64,000 nucleotides of DNA from contig NC_092344.1 of NCBI RefSeq assembly GCF_963676685.1, positions 104,656,001 through 104,720,000 on the forward strand, in the 5' to 3' direction. The stretch comes from Mytilus edulis (taxonomy: Eukaryota). Position 1 is the stretch's first letter. Each line of letters opens with the position of its first letter. Below are positions 38,112-49,382 of the stretch, one piece after another. The notes beneath the pieces were generated by a model. It did not search any database. It saw only the letters and a list, made by a program, of their open reading frames with translations, and had not been told where the DNA came from. The position numbers were made by a program, and so were the translations under genes.

Positions 38112-39213
38112 CACCATATATCATCCAGTCAGCTGAACAAAATCCGTACAGCACAAAACTTGCCAATGTAGACGTGTATCCAAGCATTGCAATTGCATAT
38201 CCTTTAACACAAGATAGCAGACCTTTTAGAATAACTGTCCCAATTACTAGTTCACCAGTGGCAAGTGCTGCACTAAACCATCCTATATGAACAGAAGACC
38301 AACAAAATGGTGGTCCTAAGATAAACAACAGTCGAATTGTAGAGTTTGCTGAAAGTGGCAAAAGATGAAAAAGGTATATGGTATAATACACACATAAATA
38401 CTTAATGTTGTTACTCACTAATGCATTTTTATTGGAAAAAATAACGCAAAGATTTTTTGGGAGTGATAATACGTCGACTGTTTTCTTATTGGTATTGTCT
38501 TCAAGTGTTAATATAATAAGTATAAGTACAAGACACAGACATCCAATTGATACAAGATAGGGATATGTATATCCTGAAAATTTGATAACATATCCTACTC
38601 CAATCTGTGAGATACTCATTCCTATCCCCATCATGGCGTCATAAACAGCTAGTACAAATGGTCGTTCTTTGTTTGGTTTGGTAGAGTTTGTAAGAACCGC
38701 ACTACAAGTTAGATGATATACATAGTGACATCCAGATATACCTTCCACTGCACTGAATCCAACGTACCAGTAAAGATTTAAATCTTCATATATTGCATAG
38801 GCTCTAGCAGCGTATGATAAAATTGTAATCATTAAATTATACATTAACACAATTTTTGCTCCTTTAATGTCGGACATTGGACCTGCTATTACCAGTACCG
38901 GTAAACATATGCCATATGTCACAAGTTGAATGTACCACGTCCAGTCGGATGCTAAACTTTGTATATAGTCATCATTCTCTCCAGTCATATTTCCTGGACA
39001 GTTCTGTTCGGTTAAATTGTTTGACGTGGATTCGTAGGTAGTGTTTTTATTTGTGTGGTGTTTCTTTAAATATGAATACACATATTGTGTTTCAGTAACA
39101 CTTTGGATTTCCAATGCACATCCATGAATCATTACAAATATACACAATTTAGTACGAACATCAAACCAGCTACTTCTTGCATCTTTTGTTAACAATTTTT
39201 GACGCTCATCCAT
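38112..39213 (-). CDS. SLC46-family first exon F (367 codons, ~TM1-9) with no dedicated downstream exons
   Basis: Uninterrupted ORF from MDERQKLL to DWMIYG; phase-1 donor G|GTGAG at 38112/38111. No 84-nt or 157-nt exon homologue seen between 38111 and 37074. Confidence 0.85.
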
Positions 39214-39419
39214 GTTACCTTTTTAATATTCAGTCCATGGATTTATTATTTTCATATCAATGATTACGTGAAAATCGTTTATTTGGGCAGTAGATTAAAA
39301 TTAATTTCAGTTTTGCAATATTTATATCACACTATCATGTATGTTTGTATACGTATAAATAGAATGAAGATAACGTTAACCATGAAGACCTTCATAAACT
39401 TTACACGTGCTGTTGTTAA

Positions 39420-40385
39420 TGCTAAAGAAAACTGTGCACTTACTGTTGTTTGTGCTACAGAACTGTGGACTTATGGTTGTTTGTTCCAAAGAATTGTACG
39501 CTTACTGTTGTTTGCGCTGAAGAACTGCACGCTTATTGTTGTTTGTTCTAAAGAACTGTACGCTTACTGTTGTTTGTGCTGAAGAACTGTACGTTTACTG
39601 TTTGTGCTAAAGAACTTTACGCTAACTGTTGTTTGTGCTAAAGAACTGTACACTTATGGCTGTTTGTGCTAAAGAACTGTACACTTATAGTTGTGTGTGC
39701 TAAAGAACTGTACGATTACTGTTGTTTATGCTAAAGAACTGTACGCTTACGGTTGTTTGTGCTAAGGAACTCTATGATTACTGTTTTGTGCACAAAAAAA
39801 CTGTAAACCTATTGGTGTATGTACTATATGCTTAAGAACTGTACGCTTACTGTTGTGTTTACTAGTACTAAACGACTGTATGCTTACTGTAGTTTGTGCT
39901 AAAGATCTGTACGCTAACTGTTGTTTATGCTAAAAACTGTACGCTTTCATTTGTTTGTGCTAACTGAACACTTATGGTTGTTTGTGCCAACGAATTGTAC
40001 GCTTACTGTTGTTTATGCTGAAGAACTGTACGCTTACTGTTGTTTGTGCTAAAGAACTGTACCCTACTGTTGTTTGTGCTAAAGAACTGTACACTTACTG
40101 TTATGTGTGCTTAAGAACTGTACGCTGACTGTTGTTTGTGCTAAGAACTGTACGCTTACTGTTGTTTATGCTAAAGAACTGTACTCTTACGGTTGTTTGT
40201 GCTAAAGATCTGTATGATTACTGTTTTGCGCAACAAAAAAAACGATACGCTTAATGTTGTATGTACTGGTACTAAAACACTGTATGCTTACTGGTGTACA
40301 AAAAAATATGTATATGCGTAAGAACTGTACGTTAACTGTTGTTTGAGCTAAAGAACTGTACACTTACTGTTGTTTATGCTAAACG
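39420..40385. repeat. ~31-bp minisatellite (aaagaactgtacgcttactgttgtttgtgct)n
   Basis: About 30 diverged tandem units starting ~200 bp upstream of the exon F ATG. Confidence 0.93.
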
Positions 40386-42716
40386 ACCACTTAACCAAGT
40401 TGATACAGTGTAGATGAAATCGGGTTGCTGGCTTTCTCTTTTAAATCTTTTCACACATCTATATTATCCTGGGACGTGCAATAACTCTCTATATAGTAGT
40501 GGTTTTGCTCATTGTTCAAGGTCGCATAGTGAATTGAATCTGTTTACATCTTTGTCATTCGTTCTTTGTTGATGGTTAACTCATTGAAAATCGTGCCATT
40601 TCTAATTTTCATAGTTGTTGATAATGAACGATCGTTGGTTTTCCAATTGATAGACCAGTTTGTTCGATATGACATGACCAATACCGCACTACCTTTTTTT
40701 TCAAAATGAACATGTACAATTAGACCGTTGGTTTCCCCGTTTGAATGGTTTTACACTTGTAATTTTGGGGCCCTTTATAGCTTGTTGTTCGGTGTGAGCC
40801 AAGGCTCCGTGGTGAAGGCCGTACATTGACTTATAATGGTTTACTTTATAAATTATTATTTGGATGGAGAGTTGTCTCATTGGCACTCACACCACATCTT
40901 CCTATATCTATGTACAATTATTTTTGATAAAACAAATCGGTTCTTGCTAAATAAAATATACATGCTATCAGTTGAACGATTACAATTCCAAATTGTCTTT
41001 TCCATTATTGCTTACCGTTGAAAAAGTTATTGATAAACATTTTGCATTGGCAAGTAACTTTTTTGCAAAAAAACTACCCATTTTTATTTTTGGATAATGT
41101 CAGTCCTGAAGCTTGTTTTTGAATTTCGGATTTGAATTAGAGTTTGTATATTTAGTTGAACAATGTTGAGTATGTAAGTGTCTTGGTAATGATTTGGTAT
41201 AAAACCATAATTTCGTTAATATCTAAGACTTTGATCCAGAAGATCATAACTCTGATTAATATGAACATTCCTTTTACTTTTACGACATTTTTTTATTAAA
41301 AGGAAAGATATAGCAACAGGATAAATATGTTTATCTTATTTTCAATCATAAAGACATATCCGTTTGCATGTACACATGTATACAAAATTGTGTTTAATTA
41401 TTTTCTCTTTAATATAAACTTCAAACAAAGATTTATATCATTGCAAAGGTTATTTTGTTAAATTACTTCAGGTAAACTTGATGAAAGTATTAATGTATTC
41501 CCCAAGTATCATACCTATTGAAAATCTACATAAATAGCTACGGGCATATTTGTTGTTTGTTTTCATTAAATTTCCAATATCTTATGTATCAGTGTTGCTT
41601 TCTTTGGTATCGTATCAATCTTTTTCTTAAACAAAAACCATAGCATAAGAACTACGACATTAATCACTCCATAGTACTTACACATGAATATAGGATTACA
41701 TAATAATGGTTTGGTATTAAATTTCATCTTGCTAGCTAACAATTCAAACCGATTTTTTTCTGGTCTGATAATATTGTTGAAGGGTCGCATATCTAATAGT
41801 GACGAGTTCTTGTTAATGCAGTTTGACAGAATGTTCCCTATCAAAACAAGAAGAGTTTGCTCAATTTGAAAAAATCAAGATCGCTAACATTTAAAAAAAA
41901 GAAAGAAGAAACACACTACATTTTGGCAAAGTGTATAGCATCTTTAAAATATTCTGAAATATTATTTATTCATTAATGTATTTGTATATGTCATAAAAAT
42001 GTACATGTACACTCTAAGTGTATATGATCTTACATTTTTAGTATGTAACCTTTGAGTACTTAAACAGCTTGTAAACATGTTGACAAATTTGGACAATTTG
42101 GTGGTGTCTTTTGTACCATGTCTGAATATAGTAGCCAATCGACATTATTTACCAAAGATATTAGCCACCGTAAAGCCTTTAACAATAGACAGGTGACAAG
42201 GAAACAATTCGCTATCGATATTCCTGACAAGGGGCTGCAGTATAGATCTTCATATCACCGTGGATTATATATAATTTGCACTTTGAAGATTTTTTTCCAC
42301 ATGAACTTTGAGAACGTTTCAACACTTAGGCCATATACATGGTATATGGTTATATTAGTTGTGTTTTACTAATAAAGCAATACGTAGAAACCAATATGAA
42401 AATAAGGTGATGTGGTCTTTTCACAAGTCATTGTTTTACTGCGAACTAATTTATTTCACTTTTTGCTGAAATTGATAAAAAAAACAATATTGCGCTAAAA
42501 TGGACATTGATATTTTTGGGGCCCTTTTAGCTTGCTGTTCGGTGTGAGCCAAGGCTCCGTGTTGACGAACGTCCTTTTATCTATAATGGTTTAATTTTAC
42601 AAATTGTGACTTGAATGGAGATTGTCTCATTGGCACTCATACCACATGCATCTTCTCATATCTATTGATAATTGCACTTTTCGCTAAAGTGGGTTAAATA
42701 TTTTGCGTTAAGATTG

Positions 42717-42940
42717 GAGGGCCCTCATGGGGTTTTTGATTATGTGATTACTTGGCCGTTTTTTTAATGATTATTTGATTATTAAGCCAAATATTTCATG
42801 ATTATTTGATTACCTAGGACTGTATTTTTAGTTTATGATTATTTGATTACTAAAGATAAGCAAATATTTAATGATTATGTGATTATATTGGCAAAAAAAT
42901 GGTGATTATGTGATTACTAGGACCCCCCATGAGGGGCCTC
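42717..42940. mobile_element. 224-bp MITE with 6-bp TSD
   Basis: TIR gagggccctcatgggg ... ccccatgaggggcctc; TSD agattg on both sides; interior built of tgattat(t/g)tgatta repeats. Confidence 0.85.
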
Positions 42941-45900
42941 AGATTGGTTATACTATGGCACTAAAACGTCCGATATATTCAAGCCAAAAAGTCCTTTTAA
43001 TGCGCTATACAGTCCTTCATCGGTATTCTTAATTACAAATTATTTTTTTATTTTTTTTATTTAGAAAAATATGATTTAAACTTAAAATTGTCTTATGCAC
43101 ATTATCTGAACTGTCAGTTGCCAACGTTTATTTGTGATTTGTACAGACATTGTGGAAATGAAAAAAGATAAATATAAATTGTCTATTGTTTTCTTTACTC
43201 TTTTAAAAAAAACAATCTTGAGCCAGTTTCCAATTACTCCATCGATAGCTCAGCTGTCAACTCCATCATAACAACCACGAAACATTAATTCAGGTAAAGA
43301 ATTTCAAATAACATATCAATTACAATAATTTTAAGAATTCATATAAACTGAAACATGAGCATTGCATAGTTTAAATTCACATTTTACACATGAATGAAAT
43401 CATCGTTTATTGTGGTTTACCTTAAGGCTTCTGTCTTATTTATATGTTGTCAGTAAAAGTAATGTTTACAACATTTTCATGTTGAAATTCAGTTGAGTAT
43501 ATTATTAATCTAACATGAACGCATCAGTACGATCAAATACGTGTTAAAGATCAAGGATGTAAATTTATCAACGATCTGTGCATGTGTGTTTTGTCCCAAA
43601 TTGGTGATTCAAACATGCACTACAGAAAGAATAGGGTAACCGACTACGTTTTTATGGTATACACCATTTAAAGTGTTCAGTGGCGGATTTAATGTAAGGG
43701 GCATGGAGCCGCATAGACTTTTAAAAATCTCTTGACTGCCTATTCCCCTTTTAAAGACATGGATCCGTATATTAAGTTGATACTGCGAAGTACTTCGTAC
43801 CTTTTAAGAAAGATAACATGTGTTTGCTTTAATATCCGCTCGTGAATTTTAGAGTTCCACTGTACGTCCCTTTTTTGTTTTTTTTGTTTTTTGTTTCATC
43901 ATTCGAGGTAATATCAATGATAGTAAATTTTGATGAGGGAAGATTTTTTTTTAAATATATTGGCCTTGGGACTCGAGCATTATGAATACTACCATCCATT
44001 GTGAGAATTCGATATATTGGGAGCCATTTCATAAGTAATTCAGTATGATGAGATATTTTGTAATGTGATCTCCGTGCAATGGTAACTTACTTTCTTTGAT
44101 AGAAATTTGATTAAAATTCAGACCTATCTCTTATATATATCATATGAGAATAACGAAATCAGAGAACATTATTTTAGTTATATTTCTTTAATGATAAAGT
44201 GTCTCGAGTAAGCAATATTAGTTAGTATGTGCGAAACGTCGAAATAAGATCGAAGGAGAAAAACGCATATGTGATTTTGGCACTTTTTGATCAAATTTAC
44301 TATTCGCATCACTATCTCTAATATGGAGGGACCAAAAGGACTGACAACTAAGGGAAGGTGCCAATTTCATTGTGACTGTCACCAGCGACACATAGGGACC
44401 ATTACTTTTCTTTATGCTTTAACCACAAGTCCTCCCAAACGACTGAACAGAATGTATCTACACTTGCACAGATTCTTCTAATGAACATGAAGTTGGGAAC
44501 CTGCTAATTTAATTTTTAATATAAGCGATTTGGGGAATTCCAAAACCAAAACAAACTCCTTGAATACAGCTTTATTCTTTGGACCATTTTTTTCTACTGG
44601 ACAACGGAGTTTTTCTGCATGAAGCATCATAACATATTAACCGTTTATGGTAAGTTAATTGAACCAGTATTTTCCAGGAGCGTTTTAGAGAAAATAAGAC
44701 AGTAAGACGATGAATGCAAGGGGTCAGACAAACTAGAGAACTCATGAGATTCCTTTTCTTTGGTTTTCTTACTTTTGGTCTCAATTCGTCTCATTTTAAA
44801 AGAATATTCTATAAAATAGCTTCGAACACAATAAAACATAATTTTCGGTGAAGTCAATATAAATTTATTGGACTAGAAGAAAAACCTACGCTGTTAGAGT
44901 AGATCTGATTCTTTGAGTCCTCCCAAAACGGTTCCACAACCGACTAAAGCACTGCACAACTGCCTTATACCCACATCGAACTTCAGTGGTTACAATATAC
45001 TCAATATGCCGATGACAGTGAATTCAAATTTGTTTGGCTAAACAAAGGATCTACGTAGAATTTAGCTTAAATAAGATTAAATCAGAGAGATTTTAAATGC
45101 CGTATTAAGGTCAATAAAATGGATTCACAGGTTGATAAATGGTCATATCACTATACAAAGTATTAATTGGTAGCCATCCGTGAATTTAATTATTATCTGC
45201 CAGGGTCCCTGACATTCGTTTATTTTATAAATTGCGAACCGTGTATTCTTGCTTGGGTGATTCTTTTAATTAAATAAATTTCATAGCGATTATACGGAGG
45301 ATTTTACTTTTATTATTAGTGTATGAGGTGAAAAAAAATAATTACATAGGTGTCGTTTCAAGTTACCTAAATGTGCTAATTCTGTGTGGGAATTGACAAA
45401 TTCAGAATGCATAGTCCGATAACATTTTTTTGTGGCAGAAATATAACTCTATATGTATTGAGATAAATTTAAGTATCACTTTAGTTTTTTACTTGAAAAC
45501 GATAGACTACATTTTGGCAGTTTTATTAAATTGCATACAATTAAATATGTAATAATATAGAAAATTTACTCAGTGACAACACCCCTGTCCCGGATATTCT
45601 GCATTTTTGTTCTATGAACAAACATTCATGCGAAAACATTTATTTGTAGAAGCTACGGTAACTTTATGTAGTAAAAATTTCTGACATGGGTGATTTGAAG
45701 TTTTGCACATTTTTACCTAGTTGAAGTCAAGCCTAGATTGTTAATGAATGAACTAATGAAAAACCATTACATTTTGAGGTTTCATAAAAAAAATCATATA
45801 TTATATAGTGTGTATTTCCACTTATGATAATTGTTAATGCTGATAACTTTTAGAAGGTAGAATTCAGACTATTGGTTTCAAAAAAACGAAATGATACAAA

Positions 45901-46043
45901 TAGAACAGCTAATGAATAATCAAGGATTCTTGCCGTTTAAACAAATCCTTGGAATAATCTACTATCTTTACACAATGCGAATACAAAATTATTGACTCCC
46001 GTTCCCTTTAGTTTTAGCACTGTAACACTAATCTGTAAGTGAC

Positions 46044-46247
46044 TACTGTGGATTCATCTAGTTTCGTGGATATCAATTTTCGTGGATTGAAAAAAAAGTT
46101 TCACTTTTTTTTAGGATATTTGATTTGGTGGATTTTCCCATCTCTGTATAAAAAGCCTATATAAAATTTGTAATTCGTTGAACATTAAAACTTGTGGTTT
46201 CCCTGAACCCAAGAAACCCACGAAAATTGGTATCCAACGAATAATAA
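46044..46247. mobile_element. Tc1/mariner-type MITE remnant
   Basis: ta-ctgtggattc...ttcgtggatatcaattttcgtgg and inverted ccacgaaaattggtatccaacgaa; right end truncated. Confidence 0.6.
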
Positions 46248-49200
46248 GCTTAGAATTTAGAAATTATTTGTTCATTTTCATCGTTCAGTATCGCATTTTT
46301 TGCAAAAGGAATTAAATTTTGATTTCAATATCACACTTTGTAAGGACTTGAAAGTTCGAATTGAGAATGTATTCCCGGAAACGTGATTATTGAAACTTTG
46401 TAACAAGTTCACGCTTTATAAGGACTTGAGTATGGACTTTTCTCATCCTAAATTTATTGATTTTCTTTAAGAGTTAATATTGCAATTTGGCAAGAGAAAC
46501 CAATTCTTTTTTGTCGATTCAAAAATTGTTCAAAATTGAATAAAGAAGTAAAGCGATATTGTCGTAGAACAGACCTCGATTTGCCAATTTTCATATTTGT
46601 TTGTCGTTTACTGGGTTTTTTTTTTAAATAAATCAGGCTGTTAGTTTTTCTCGTTTGATTTGTTTAACATTTGTTATTTCGGGCCTTTTTATAGATTGCT
46701 ATGTGGTATGGATTTAGTTCATTGTTTCAATGCCGTACGGTGACCTATAGTGGCTAACATTTTGGCATTCGGCATTGCCATGCGTTTCGCGTCTTTATAC
46801 TAAATACGTTCGAATTGTTGCGTTGTGATTTTTGTTTGTTTAGTTTTTTTGTGTGCATCGTACAAATCTTTGAGTTGAGCCATTTACAACTGATGTTTAC
46901 AGTTTGTATTCTGTTGTGCTGTTGAACTACTGTTTCGTGATAAGGGAAGGTTGCACGCTCACTAACATGTTTAACCCCGCCACATTCAGCTTTTTATGTC
47001 TGTTTTTCGTAAATTGAATTGTTATAAATTAGGCCGTTAGTTGTCTTGTTCGAAATTTTTCAAGTCGGGACCTTTTGTCGCTGTTACTTGTTTACATTCT
47101 CGTCATTTGAACTCTAGCTGATATTTGTTATAAATTAAAAACAGAACATGGAACACAGCTTTTTTATATGTATTCTGGGTGTGTATCATTTTGTATGTCT
47201 ATATATATGTCATGTAATATGATATAAAGCTTACAGTAAATTGTTTTCGATGATATATCCCTATAGACTTTACATATACCCATGGGCTACTTTCAGCTTC
47301 AAAGTAAATATATCTTGTTCATGTCAAGCTAAATCTCTCCTTAGTTTCTGATGTGTATATTAATTTCATGACCTCAAAATTACAAATATGATCAACATTG
47401 TCAGAATTGAATATTTTTCAAATGATGAATTTGTAGGATGTCCTAAGGAAAAAGGCAATTTGTTTCTTCATCAATTGGACAATTTTTATTGTTTAAGCTC
47501 TCGGTCATTTCTCACTTATCTATTTTTATCTTCATTTTATTTCTAACTATCAAAGTCCTTATTTTAGATTTGAATGCTTCTTTTTTGTAATTTTATTTAT
47601 GTGTGGAAGCTTTGACCAAGGCATATTTTGTATGAAGCGCCTCCACTAAAAATTTGCACAAGATCACCTCCTTTACAACCCTATGAAATTACAGAAAGAA
47701 GCTCTCAATTCTTAATATTGATACATTTATTTGGCTATAACCATGAATTTATGAGATTTAGCTCATTTTCATTTGTTGGGAAGTTTTCACGAGAAGTATG
47801 TGTTGTCATGAATGCTGAATTTGATTGAGAAATAAAATTTGGTATTGGAATTGCTTTAAATAAATCAAAAGTACGGATTCTTATAAAACTATATATTTAT
47901 ATGTTCATATTAAGATGATGGAAACCTACTTTTTCGATAATACATTTTCATTACTTCCAAGATATTTCTCGTCTCAGTGGCAATTTAACTGCAATATTAT
48001 AAGTACTAACTTGAGTGTTTGATTGCTTGAAGATATTAGTGTTCTTATGATAGGAGGCATACATGTCGCAAAGAAGTTTTGATGTCTGCAACTTCATTTT
48101 CGTTTTTTGTGTTTTCTGTTTTGATGTAACAAATAGTGCTGATTTTTCAAAAAAACAAATTTAGAAGAGCGCAAATGAGAAAAAAAACTCTCTATACCAG
48201 AGAAAAAACTCTCTACCAGGGAAAACTAATGGGATATGAAGAGAGCTCTCTCACAAGCAAAATACCCTAAGCATACAATCACGAGCAACAATTCTGCGGT
48301 ACATATCAAAATAAGAAGATCAGTACTAAGAAGATCAGTGATAAGAAGATGTGGTATGATGGCAAATGAAACAAGTTGGTGGCTAAAGATCTATTAAAGG
48401 AAAAAGGCATGGACCGATTTGACTTCTGGGCAAGCGAGTTAACAATAAATTTTTCGTTGGGTTCGTGTTGCTTAATTTCAAGTTTTGCTCGTGTACTGTT
48501 GCTCGTCTTTTTTTATTTATTTTTTGGTCATGATATTATCTCGTTTCTTTCGACAAAGACTATGTTCTGACTGACATTGTACCATGTTATATGTAAAATG
48601 TAATAAATGATATTAAAAGCCCTAGTAATTTACTTCTGATGATATTAAGCAAATCAAAAATAGTACAAATGCACGAGGTAATTCAGTAATTTTGTTGAAA
48701 TCGAACTATATATATAAATTTCTCAGAACTACGTCTTCTTGTATCATTAGTCATGCGTCGCAGTTTCTCAACACTGTATTTCTTTTTAACCAATACAACA
48801 ATAATATTATTGGTAAAACAATCCTATGTATATCAAATATTTAAATAGAACATAATATAAAATATTTAAATATTTGTCCTATATGAAATTGGCTGACCTT
48901 ACATGTAGTAAAGGGATTAAGACCACAAAAAATTAGGAGGAATGCTATTGGCAGGTTTTCAACAAGTGATGAAGATCCGTAGCTAAGGACAATAATATAC
49001 TATAAAAACACAACGCATCTTTTTGAATATGTAGTTGTAATGTATACCATACAATTTACATACAGTTAAAGAAACTTGCATCTGATATAATTATGATGTC
49101 AACCGGTCACGATGTAACTGATAAAAACATGGTGTAATCAATTGTATGTTTCATCATGGTATAGAATGATGGAGGTCGCCAGTTTGTAAATATAAATGTG

Positions 49201-49382
49201 TCAGTATAAAATAAACCTTATAGTAGCATAAATTTAAATATTTTATATTTCGATACATATTATATGACACTGGAAAAAAGTTATTTTATCGCACACATAT
49301 ATAAGCACTTATAATGCTGATTAAATGCACCCGTTTTCGGTAATATTTTGATTCTACAGAAATGTCTAATTTAATAGTTTCG

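Noticed and set aside
41566-41869. Overlapping 92-aa and 61-aa ORFs
   Set aside because: No recognisable motif and no SLC46 similarity; cannot be supported as exons without RNA data.
44572-44857. Two 70-aa minus-strand ORFs
   Set aside because: No recognisable domain or splice context.
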